Positions 8,986-16,968 of a DNA stretch of 41,728 nt are shown here, in pieces. Each line of letters begins with the position of its first letter. The stretch's first letter is position 1. Source of the DNA: Acidimicrobiia bacterium (GTDB taxonomy: Bacteria; Actinomycetota; Acidimicrobiia; Spongiisociales; UBA5794); assembly GCA_030618675.1 (NCBI GenBank), contig JAUXCV010000001.1, positions 1-41,728 of the forward strand, read 5' to 3'. The position numbers and the translations under genes were made by a program. The notes under the pieces are model-generated. The model ran no database searches, was not told the DNA's origin, and saw only the letters and a program-made list of their open reading frames with translations.

Positions 8986-9483
8986 GTGGATGGTTTCACC
9001 GCTCAGCAGGCGACTCGACTGACGGCTTGTACACCTCATCAGCTTCGGTACTGGGACAAGGTGGCGCTCGTTCAGCCCTCTCTCCAGCAAACGGGTGGCC
9101 GGCCGGGTCGACGTCGCCTCTACTCGTTCCGGGATCTCGTGGCCCTGCGGGTCGTCAAGAGCCTCCTCGACAACGGGATGTCGATTCAGCGGGTGCGCCG
9201 GGCCTGGGATTACCTGCGACGGACCGGCGATATGGAGAACCACCTCTCCGAGATCCGTCTCATTACCGACGGGGACACGATCTTCGCGGTTGCGGTCGAC
9301 GAGGAAGAGATCCTCGATGCTCTGCGACAAGGACAGCTCGCTTTCTTCGTAGCGATCAACGACATCACGCAGTCCGTCGAAGAGGACATCTCCCTGTTCG
9401 AACTCGACCGGACGCGGTTCCTCGAGATGCTCCGCTTCGTCGAAGATGACGTTCTCGCGGAGGTCGACGAAGCCGGCGGATGA
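8986..9483 (+). CDS. MerR-family HTH transcriptional regulator-like protein
   Basis: FTAQQATRLTACTPHQLRYWDKVALVQPS...YSFRDLVALRVV is a MerR-type HTH/wing. The GTG 8986 start was chosen because the HTH begins immediately after it; the start is uncertain (the ORF is open from 8827). Confidence 0.7.
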   Translation: MDGFTAQQATRLTACTPHQLRYWDKVALVQPSLQQTGGRPGRRRLYSFRDLVALRVVKSLLDNGMSIQRVRRAWDYLRRTGDMENHLSEIRLITDGDTIFAVAVDEEEILDALRQGQLAFFVAINDITQSVEEDISLFELDRTRFLEMLRFVEDDVLAEVDEAGG

Positions 9484-9510
9484 TCTGAGACCGCAGGACC
9501 GGAACCGCGA

Positions 9511-11904
9511 TCACCGTCGGAACCGTCTCCGAAGCGAACTCAGCCGGTACTGCGAACGTGTGCGTTCCAAGGGGGAGTAGCGGGCCGCAAGCCGCTCGCC
9601 CGTCTTTTCCATCGAACGTCGGGCGACCTCGATCTGGTCGTCGGAAACGGTATCGGTGCTGCCGTAGACCGACCGGGTGTAGACGGCGGCCAACGGCGCC
9701 AACGATTCATCGACCCGCGCCGCGACCTCATCCGGAGTCGATGCCGGATCCGGCTCCTCGGCCAGGTCGGTGAGTCTCACCACGATCTCCTCCCACGCTG
9801 CCGAGACATCGCCGTCCGCGAGACGTCTCATGCGACTGCGATGGCGGATCCACTTCACGAGCGGCAGAGCGATGGCGATGAGCACCAGGAGCGCAGCGAC
9901 AACGCTCACGATCGGGAGCCAACCAGGGAGCGACGCAGACGTCGTCTCCCCGCCGGTGCCGATGAACCCCACATCCGGCCGCCTGTTGTCCGGCGAGAAG
10001 ACTCCGCTGGGCAGATCGGCCGGGTTGTCGGCCGGGATGCGCACCGGCTCGGGAACCTGATCGAGATACGCTGCGAGATCGTAACCCAGGGCGTCCTCCA
10101 TCGTCTGGTAACTGGTAGCCGGATTGGCGCCGTCGCGTCGCGGCGTCGGGTCGAAACTGACCCATCCCTGGCTCGGGATCCACAACTCGACCCATGAATG
10201 AGCGTTGTTGTCCCGGACCACCACGTCGTTGCCGCCGACGGGATCGCCGGGGGTGAAGCCGAGGACGACCCTCGTCGGGATTCCGATCGACCGCGTCATC
10301 ACCGCCATCGATGTCGCGAACTGCTCGCAATAGCCCCTGCGGTATCCGACGTTCTCCGGAGAATCATCGAACAGCCAGGTAGCGAGAACGTCTTCTCCGT
10401 GCCCCTCGCCGTGGACGTCGAGATCGTAGACGAAGCCTCCGGTCTCCCTGAACCAGTGCTCGATGGCGAGGCCCTTCTCGAACGACGTGGTGAGGTTCCG
10501 CGTCAGTTCGATCGCCTCGGACTCGATATCCGGGTGGAGCCCCGGGGGAAGGTCGACGTACTGTTCGGCGTCCGGGAACTCCCGATACTCAACGTCGGTG
10601 AGATCCGGGGGTGTCTCGCCGCCGACCGCAGCGGCGGAGAACAGGGGAGAGAGACCGCCACCCGGCACGCCGGCGACTGCTGCCGGGTCGACCACCGGGA
10701 TCTCCGAGAGGACCCGGTACCTCATTCCGCGATATGTTCGGTCACCTCTGAAGACCAGAGCCGTGTCGACTCGGCGGATACGGAACGCGTCGGCGTCTTC
10801 GCCGTCGGCGCCGACGACGGCGTATGGGGTCGGGAGCCAATCCTGTCCGAGCGCTTCGATCTCGATGTCAACCGTGATGACCTCAGTCTCCCCGCCGAAC
10901 TCGTACCCCTCTTCTTCGAGAGGTTCTTCGTCCAGCGGGTAGACCCGCGGCCGGTTGACCGACCACTGACCGTTGCTGTACGTGTCCAGCGTGAGGAGTC
11001 GGAAATACACCTCGTCGGGAGACGCATCTCCGTCGATCGTCGCCCGGAAGAGAGGAATGCCTTCCTGAGAGACGAGGCCCTCGTGGATGCTGACGTACGG
11101 GTTGTAGGAGACACCCCCATAGATCCCGCCGCCCAACCCTCCCGGGGTACGCCACGACAACACGCCATCGGGCGGAACCGTGGGCCCGATCATCCCGACT
11201 CCAACGACGGCAACTGCGACCGTCATGGCCACAAGCAGTGCAGCCGTGAGTGTTGGGGCGTTCGAGGGTGGTCGTTGGCGGTCACCGACCATCCTTCCGG
11301 CCCCTCGATCGCGCTCGTCCAGAGCGACGGCGAGGATCGTTCCCGCAACCAGGACGATGAAGGCGCCGAGAGCGAAGAGGCCATCGTTGCGCCGGTTCAG
11401 CGTCGCGAATTGGAGCGCCACGACGAGCGGCGGGAGGAGCGCTGCGAAGGGATGGTCTTTCGAAAGACCCCATGCCAGGAGGCCTCCGAGCAGCCAGAAC
11501 AAGGCCATCAGGATCACGACGATGCCGATGATCGGTCGGACCGGCTCGACACCGTACCGGATGACATCGAAGGCACGCACAAGATCCGACCAGAGGGCAA
11601 CGATCCCGGTCGATGTCGGCAGAATGAGGACCGAATCCGACGGCGCCGCGAACCGGGTCGCCACCAGGAAGAGCGCAGCAACGTTGATCAACACGATCCA
11701 TATCGCTCGCAACCGATACGTCACAGCCGTCCATGTGACGATGAGGCCGATGGCGAATCCGGACAGCACAACGAGCTGCCACTTGGCCCCCGACGCCGTC
11801 GGCAGCAGCAGCCGCGTCAGTTGCCAGAAGGCGAACCCGATCGATGCGAAACCGGCTATCCAGCTGTAGCGGTAGACCACGTCCGCTCCATTCCTTGCTT
11901 CCAC
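9511..11904 (-). CDS. Transglutaminase-domain multi-pass membrane protein (TgpA-like)
   Basis: 797 aa. N-terminal multi-TM region, then a Cys-His-Asp transglutaminase core (GYCEQFATSMAV...NNAHSWVELW...VSFDPTP), a late TM segment and a cytosolic tail. It overlaps the DUF58 3' end; GTG 11880 is an alternative start. Confidence 0.88.
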   Translation of the reverse strand: MEARNGADVVYRYSWIAGFASIGFAFWQLTRLLLPTASGAKWQLVVLSGFAIGLIVTWTAVTYRLRAIWIVLINVAALFLVATRFAAPSDSVLILPTSTGIVALWSDLVRAFDVIRYGVEPVRPIIGIVVILMALFWLLGGLLAWGLSKDHPFAALLPPLVVALQFATLNRRNDGLFALGAFIVLVAGTILAVALDERDRGAGRMVGDRQRPPSNAPTLTAALLVAMTVAVAVVGVGMIGPTVPPDGVLSWRTPGGLGGGIYGGVSYNPYVSIHEGLVSQEGIPLFRATIDGDASPDEVYFRLLTLDTYSNGQWSVNRPRVYPLDEEPLEEEGYEFGGETEVITVDIEIEALGQDWLPTPYAVVGADGEDADAFRIRRVDTALVFRGDRTYRGMRYRVLSEIPVVDPAAVAGVPGGGLSPLFSAAAVGGETPPDLTDVEYREFPDAEQYVDLPPGLHPDIESEAIELTRNLTTSFEKGLAIEHWFRETGGFVYDLDVHGEGHGEDVLATWLFDDSPENVGYRRGYCEQFATSMAVMTRSIGIPTRVVLGFTPGDPVGGNDVVVRDNNAHSWVELWIPSQGWVSFDPTPRRDGANPATSYQTMEDALGYDLAAYLDQVPEPVRIPADNPADLPSGVFSPDNRRPDVGFIGTGGETTSASLPGWLPIVSVVAALLVLIAIALPLVKWIRHRSRMRRLADGDVSAAWEEIVVRLTDLAEEPDPASTPDEVAARVDESLAPLAAVYTRSVYGSTDTVSDDQIEVARRSMEKTGERLAARYSPLERTRSQYRLSSLRRRFRR

Positions 11905-13040
11905 GCCGATGCCCAGGGTTCGGTCGACGGTGACGAGACCACCGTCGCTCCCGCTCGGGCGAACTGCACGAGTGCGTCGTCGGCTCTAGATCCCGACGAC
12001 ATCACGACCGTCCGGTAGAAGTCCTTTCCGAGAAGTCGGTACATGCCGAGAACGGGATCGTCGGGTACGCCCGTAACCAGGATGAGCACGCCTCCGGTGG
12101 CTCCCGTACGGCGAAGACGAGTGATCGATGTCACGAGATCGAGAGCCTGTGCCGGTTGAACGGCGGCGAGCTCTTCCATCGCGATCCCGTAACCCTCGCC
12201 GCTACCGACCACGATCCCGGACCCGGATCCGGTCCACAACGTCGGCGCGTATCCGTTCCGGAAGAGATGCCGGAAGACAGAAGCGGCTCCCCGAACCGCA
12301 TGCTCGAACATCTCCGAATCCGGGTACGCCGTTCCGCGGGGATCGAGGAGGACGAGCGCCCTCGTTTGCCACGGCGTCTCCAGCTGACGGATCATGAGCT
12401 CGTCGCGTTTCGCCGTCGACGGCCAGTGGACCTTCCTGAGGTCGTCCCCCAGCTGGTACTCGCGAAGGGTGAAGAAATCCTCTCCTCCGGTCTGGGAGAA
12501 GCTCGCCCGCGAGGTGTTGACGGTCGGGTCGTGACCGCGACCGTGGGGGAGGCCGTCGAGATCTTCGACGGCCGGGTACACAGCGAGGCGGTCGATCTTC
12601 CCGGCCGTGCCTCCAGCCTCGGAGAGAGCGAGCGGGTCCCGAACCTGGACGATGGCCGGCCCGACCGTGTAGATCCCCCGGGGACGACACAAGACCTCGT
12701 AGCGGGCGACCATCGGATTCCGAGGTTCCACGCGGTCGGCAACGAAGCGTGCTGTGCCCAGACCGGAGACCTCATCGAGGACGATGGCCTGGGGAATGCG
12801 ACGACTGGTCGAAAGTGTGACTTCCACGATCGCCCGGTCCCCATCGTGAACCTGGAAGGGAGTGATGAGGCGCGAGACCGCCACGCTCGGGACGGTCGAC
12901 CGCACGTAGGCGACTCCGCCCCCGATCGCCAGGGCGAGGAAGAGACCCACGCCGAGCATCAACCGCTCGCCGAACACGACCCACAAGACGATCAGCGCAA
13001 CGCCCGCTCCGAGGGCTGCCCATCCGCGGGTCGTTGGCAT
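11856..13040 (-). CDS. DUF58 domain protein (MoxR-associated)
   Basis: The REYQLGDDLRKVHWPSTAKRDELMIRQLE signature of DUF58, two N-terminal TM segments, and a position directly downstream of moxR. Confidence 0.88.
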   Translation of the reverse strand: MPTTRGWAALGAGVALIVLWVVFGERLMLGVGLFLALAIGGGVAYVRSTVPSVAVSRLITPFQVHDGDRAIVEVTLSTSRRIPQAIVLDEVSGLGTARFVADRVEPRNPMVARYEVLCRPRGIYTVGPAIVQVRDPLALSEAGGTAGKIDRLAVYPAVEDLDGLPHGRGHDPTVNTSRASFSQTGGEDFFTLREYQLGDDLRKVHWPSTAKRDELMIRQLETPWQTRALVLLDPRGTAYPDSEMFEHAVRGAASVFRHLFRNGYAPTLWTGSGSGIVVGSGEGYGIAMEELAAVQPAQALDLVTSITRLRRTGATGGVLILVTGVPDDPVLGMYRLLGKDFYRTVVMSSGSRADDALVQFARAGATVVSSPSTEPWASAWKQGMERTWSTATAG

Positions 13041-13053
13041 CAGTGACCGGTCC

Positions 13054-14028
13054 TTACGTCGCCGCGACGCGAGTGCCGGGTACCGGCACGCTTCCGCTGA
13101 CTCCTTCGAGGATCTTCTCTACGGTCACTCCCCGCATCTGTGCCTCGGGACGCATGATCAGCCGGTGGTTGAGCACCGGACACAGCACGTTCTTCACATC
13201 GTCCGGCGACACGTAGTCGCGACCGGCGATCGCGGCGATCGTGCGTGCCGCTCGTTGGAGGAACAGCGAAGCTCGCGGAGACGCACCGAGGAGAAGATCG
13301 GGCTCATCTCGCGTTGCCTCAGCTATGTCGATGATGTACTCCTTCACGACATCCGCTACGTGGACCTGTAGAGCGATCTCGGCCATCCGGACGACGTCCT
13401 CTGCGTGGATGACCGGCCGAAGATCTTCGAACGTGGATCGATTGCCGTGGGTGTCGAGCATCTCGAGTTCCTTCGAGCGAGTCGGATACCCCACCGTGAG
13501 GCGCATCATGAAACGATCGAGCTGTGCTTCAGGGAGGGGGTATGTTCCTTCGTGCTCGATCGGGTTCTGTGTTGCCACCACGATGAACGGGGGACCGAGG
13601 GTGCGAGTCACGCCGTCGACGGTGACCTGAAGCTCTTCCATCGCTTCGAGCAACGCTGCCTGGGTCTTCGGACTCGCACGGTTGATCTCGTCTCCGAGGA
13701 CGACATTCGAGAAGACGGGCCCGGAGCGGAAGACGAACTCCCCAGACTCGCGATCCCAGACGGAGACACCGGTGATGTCGGAGGGGAGGAGGTCCGGGGT
13801 GAACTGGATCCTTTGGAACGAGCAGTCGATCGACCGCGCGAGGGACTTGGCCAGGAGGGTCTTCCCGACACCCGGCACGTCTTCGATGAGGATGTGCCCG
13901 CCCGAGATCAGGCACGAGACGATGAGTTCGACCGTCTCTCGCTTGCCCTGGATGACATGCTCGATGTTGTCGGCGACGGCTCGGAATCGTTCATCGAACC
14001 AGGCCAGTTCGTCCGGGGTCACTTGCAC
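13054..14028 (-). CDS. moxR: MoxR-family AAA+ ATPase
   Basis: Walker A GVPGVGKT, Walker B VVLGDEINRA, and ATQNPIEHEGTYPLPEAQLDRF. GTG 14028 lies 7 nt after AGGAGG. The upstream extension to 14133 runs through the repeat element and is unlikely to be coding. Confidence 0.9.
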   Translation of the reverse strand: MQVTPDELAWFDERFRAVADNIEHVIQGKRETVELIVSCLISGGHILIEDVPGVGKTLLAKSLARSIDCSFQRIQFTPDLLPSDITGVSVWDRESGEFVFRSGPVFSNVVLGDEINRASPKTQAALLEAMEELQVTVDGVTRTLGPPFIVVATQNPIEHEGTYPLPEAQLDRFMMRLTVGYPTRSKELEMLDTHGNRSTFEDLRPVIHAEDVVRMAEIALQVHVADVVKEYIIDIAEATRDEPDLLLGASPRASLFLQRAARTIAAIAGRDYVSPDDVKNVLCPVLNHRLIMRPEAQMRGVTVEKILEGVSGSVPVPGTRVAAT

Positions 14029-14092
14029 GCGGCAGCCTCCTGTGTTTCTCGCATGACCGAGAATAGAGGGTGTGAAGGGTTTGGGGGACGAA

Positions 14093-14174
14093 GAGTGAGT
14101 AGCGGAGTAGCGGAGTAGCGGAGTAGGAGGCACACGCTCCGTCGACTACTCAGCTACTCGGCTACTCGGCTACC
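14093..14174. repeat. Composite tandem-repeat element B: an inverted repeat built from 8-mer arrays, (GAGTAGCG)x3 facing CGACTACT-CAGCTACT-CGGCTACT-CGGCTACC
   Basis: 14099-14126 pairs with 14146-14173 at 25 of 28 positions, with a 19-nt spacer containing the GGAG/CTCC mini-hairpin (14126-14140). It lies between the divergent moxR and ORF 14184 starts. Confidence 0.95.
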
Positions 14175-14183
14175 TTCTCACAC

Positions 14184-14441
14184 ATGCTCTCGCGCTCTAC
14201 GGTTCTCGCTGTTCTCAGACGACCGGCACTCTGGGCTACTGCTGTCGGGGCTGTGTTCTCGTTCGCTCGTCCCGGATGGTGGCGCCGACGTCCCTACCTT
14301 CCTGTTCCGGACGGCGAACTCATCGCATGGCGCACCGCGACGGCCTACGGGAGTGACGACGTCGACCCTGCCACAGAGGACATCGTGGCGTACCTCGAGT
14401 GGAGGAAACGGTGCGCCCGTGGGCTGACGAGGAGCGGCTGA
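14184..14441 (+). CDS. Hypothetical small protein (85 aa, one N-terminal hydrophobic segment)
   Basis: The ORF has plausible codon usage and no SD. TACCTT (14171-14176, the last repeat unit) sits 7 nt upstream of the ATG, which looks leaderless. I recognise no family. Confidence 0.45.
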   Translation: MLSRSTVLAVLRRPALWATAVGAVFSFARPGWWRRRPYLPVPDGELIAWRTATAYGSDDVDPATEDIVAYLEWRKRCARGLTRSG

Positions 14442-14462
14442 AGCGATCGTAGGACCGAGGGA

Positions 14463-14888
14463 TCACCCGGCCGTTTCGGGGAACTCCCTGCGGAACTCAT
14501 CCACTTTCGCGACGACGTCCCGCACGAATCGAGCGCGGTCTTCGGATGCTCCTGACAGTCCGTCATGATCGGGTTCGCTGGTCGAGACGATGTCTAACCC
14601 GAGTCCCTGCAGGTAGCCGAGCATGATCTCCCGGGTGACCTCATCCGAGGAGAGGATCGAGAGTTCGGAGACGACGAGCGCATCGGCGACCCCGGATCGT
14701 GCGATAGCTAGGAGCGCTCGGAACCCGTCCCGTCCCTGGAACTGTGCCGGATCTCTGACATCCCGACACGTCGCGACGAGGTGGTGGCCGGAATCGGCAG
14801 ACCATCGTCGTATTCGCTCGCTCTGAGCGAACGCTGTCTCACCGTCGGTCAGGCTCGGTGCCTCCCGTACGTACCCGACGACGCGCAC
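14463..14888 (-). CDS. Resolvase (serine-recombinase) catalytic-domain-like protein, stand-alone and apparently degenerate
   Basis: The pattern VVGYVRE...RDGFRALLAIARSGVADALVVSELSILSS...LGLDIVSTSE parallels the resolvase N-domain layout. The YxRVSTxxQ nucleophile motif and the DR..R triad are not retained, and there is no HTH domain. The start (GTG 14888) is uncertain. Confidence 0.5.
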   Translation of the reverse strand: MRVVGYVREAPSLTDGETAFAQSERIRRWSADSGHHLVATCRDVRDPAQFQGRDGFRALLAIARSGVADALVVSELSILSSDEVTREIMLGYLQGLGLDIVSTSEPDHDGLSGASEDRARFVRDVVAKVDEFRREFPETAG

Positions 14889-15016
14889 ATTCTCTCCAAC
14901 GCTCTCGATGCTGGTGCCCGACGGAGTATGGCAGGGATACGCTGAGTGGTCAACTGCTCTCGCTAAGTGGTTTCGCGTTCGATGTGCACGACCCTTGCTG
15001 CTGGTACGCTCTGTCC

Positions 15017-15511
15017 GTGGCACGATCCCTCGTCCTGAACGCGAGCCTCGAACCGCTGTCGGTGGTTCCCGTGCGACGCGCGTTGGTGCTCGTGCTCCGA
15101 GATCGGGCCGATGTGCTCGTCACGAACGGTGCGCTCTGGCGGTCCGAGGCGTTCTCGCTGCCGTCGCCGTCGGTCGTTCGTCTGAAGCGGTACGTGCGGG
15201 TTCCCTATCAGCGAAGGATCCCGGTGAACCGCAGAACGGTCTTCCAGCGTGATGAGCACCGATGCCAGTACTGCGGGCGTCAGGCCGAGAATCTCGATCA
15301 TGTCGTGCCCCGGTCGCAGGGCGGCGAACACTCCTGGTCGAACGTTGTCGCCGCCTGCCGCCGCTGCAACACCAAGAAGGGCGGACGCACGCCGACCGAG
15401 GCCGGACTCCGGCTCGCATCGTTTCCGCGACAGCCCCGAACGGACACGTGGGTGGCGGCCGCGATCGGCGGTTCGGTCGATCCGGACTGGGTGCCCTACG
15501 TCAGGTCGTAG
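15017..15511 (+). CDS. HNH endonuclease family protein
   Basis: HRCQYCGRQAENLDHVVPRSQGGEHSWSNVVAACRRCNTKKG is an HNH/zinc core. The N-terminus ARSLVLNASLEPLSVV is typical of this family, which supports GTG 15017. Confidence 0.85.
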   Translation: MARSLVLNASLEPLSVVPVRRALVLVLRDRADVLVTNGALWRSEAFSLPSPSVVRLKRYVRVPYQRRIPVNRRTVFQRDEHRCQYCGRQAENLDHVVPRSQGGEHSWSNVVAACRRCNTKKGGRTPTEAGLRLASFPRQPRTDTWVAAAIGGSVDPDWVPYVRS

Positions 15512-16025
15512 CCGACCGGATCAGGAGCACGGGCTTGGGGCACCGGCGAACGAGCTTGGTGCCCGTCGAGCCGAGCAGCCCTTGGAACAGACCCTGACCG
15601 TGGGAGCCGATCACGACGACTTCGGCACCGAGCGCCTCCAACTGGTCGAGGATCGTGTTCGTCACATTCTCGCTCTCGACGACACTGCCTTCCACCTCAA
15701 CTCCCTCTTCTCGAAGGGCCGCGATGATCGGTGTCGTGTGCTGGTCGAGTTTGTCGGCCAGGTAGCGCTCGATCACGGCATCATCGCCCGGCCAACCCCT
15801 TGGGGCTTCCTGAGGAACGGCCGGAGTTGCAACGAACTCGTCATCGACGATCACGCCGACGCCGTCCATAGCACCCCACTGACCCCGCATGTCATGGAGG
15901 AATGCGCGAGGCACCTCGACGACGGTGAGCACGGTCACTCGACCGCTGGGACCGGCAAGCCCGGCGGCGAAGCTCGAAGCGGTTTCGACATCGATCTTTC
16001 CATCGGTGGCGATGAGTACGTGCAC
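15501..16025 (-). CDS. Universal stress protein (UspA family)
   Basis: VVVIGSHGQGLFQGLLGSTGTKLVRRCPKPVLLIRS is the USP ATP-binding C-terminal motif. The start is GTG with GGAGGA upstream. It overlaps the HNH gene by 11 nt in a convergent arrangement. Confidence 0.85.
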   Translation of the reverse strand: MHVLIATDGKIDVETASSFAAGLAGPSGRVTVLTVVEVPRAFLHDMRGQWGAMDGVGVIVDDEFVATPAVPQEAPRGWPGDDAVIERYLADKLDQHTTPIIAALREEGVEVEGSVVESENVTNTILDQLEALGAEVVVIGSHGQGLFQGLLGSTGTKLVRRCPKPVLLIRSATT

Positions 16026-16054
16026 GGTTCCTCCTCGGAGTGTCGCGTCTCAGA

Positions 16055-16828
16055 CTATACGGATAGTCCGGCCTCGCGCCCGATTGAGATCAGGGTCGGG
16101 GTCTCGATGCCGGCCGAGCGGGCGTAACCGATCGCTCGCTCGAGACGGCGCGGGGCGCTGCGACCGGTCGCTCCGTGGTCGGGGTCGCCCTCGATAGCTC
16201 GGACCATTCCACTGATCGCGCTGATGTGATCGATGGCCGCGCCGACGAGCCACTCCTGGATCTCGAGGATCTCTGAGACGACGGCGTCGGCAAGCGGTCG
16301 GTGGTTGCTCCACAGATCGGAGACTGATCCTCCTGTTCTCAGGCCGACGATATTCGCTGTGAGGATGTAGAGGTTCTTCGCGACCAGGGCATCGATCAGG
16401 GCGTCGTCCGGGATCCGTTCGGCCGGGATCCCGATCGATGTCAACGCCTCGACGAGGAGGCCGGCTTCCGGCCCCGCTATCGGTGTCGGGATGATGACCT
16501 TGGTTGGCCGTCCGGGCTTCTTCTCGAACCATACGACGGCAACGGTCGGCGACACGATGGCGTGGCGCTCCCAGTCGCGGGGGAGGAGTTCGTTCTGGAT
16601 CAACCCCACCCGGGTCCGCCATCCGTCGGGTATCTGTTCGAGGGACGCGTGAAGATCGTCTTCGCCGACGGTCACGAGGGCGAGCGCTGGCTCGGGCGTG
16701 ACCGGGGCCGCCTCTGTCATGGGTGTTGCACGCAGTATCGGGAACACGGGATGTCCGGAGCGGAGGAGGGCATGTGAGAACACCGCTCCCATCTCTCCGA
16801 CACCGATGAGGGTGATGGGTTGCTTCAT
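16055..16828 (-). CDS. NAD(P)-binding Rossmann-fold protein (ketopantoate-reductase/ApbA-like guess)
   Basis: N-terminal ITLIGVGEMGAVFS (GxGxxG), 257 aa, coding-like composition. The family assignment is tentative. Confidence 0.6.
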   Translation of the reverse strand: MKQPITLIGVGEMGAVFSHALLRSGHPVFPILRATPMTEAAPVTPEPALALVTVGEDDLHASLEQIPDGWRTRVGLIQNELLPRDWERHAIVSPTVAVVWFEKKPGRPTKVIIPTPIAGPEAGLLVEALTSIGIPAERIPDDALIDALVAKNLYILTANIVGLRTGGSVSDLWSNHRPLADAVVSEILEIQEWLVGAAIDHISAISGMVRAIEGDPDHGATGRSAPRRLERAIGYARSAGIETPTLISIGREAGLSV

Positions 16829-16891
16829 GGGCCACAGGCTACCTCGCGGACTACCGGCGGGGACACAGGGGAACGTTCGGGGGCGAATGAG

Positions 16892-16943
16892 TTGACAAGT
16901 GGAACAGAGTGGGCCATAGTGGGGCTTCGTGGAAGATGGTGAT
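16892..16943 (+). promoter_or_regulatory. Pmra-like promoter plus phased GTGG repeats (putative MraZ operator)
   Basis: TTGACA (16892-16897), a 17-nt spacer, then CATAGT (16915-16920). GTGG occurs at 16899, 16909, 16919 and 16929, and GTGA at 16939, at exactly 10-bp spacing. The mraZ start lies 26 nt downstream of the last repeat. Confidence 0.65.
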
Positions 16944-16968
16944 CGCAGCGCAACGGAGGCGCGGAAGC

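Noticed and set aside
10198-12018. A 606-aa ORF antisense to the transglutaminase gene
   Set aside because: Same reasoning. It is an Arg/Asp/Pro-rich antisense frame of a well-supported multi-TM CDS with no motifs.
14029-14133. ORF-track N-terminal extension of moxR (start at 14133)
   Set aside because: The extension translates the AGTAGCGG repeat element. A GTG with a well-spaced AGGAGG at 14028 gives a MoxR protein of typical length.
16053-16068. GACTAT-ACGG-ATAGTC hairpin overlapping the stop of the Rossmann-fold gene, just upstream of the USP start
   Set aside because: The stem is only 6 bp with no U-tract, inside a 29-nt spacer of a probable operon. That is insufficient to call a terminator or operator.
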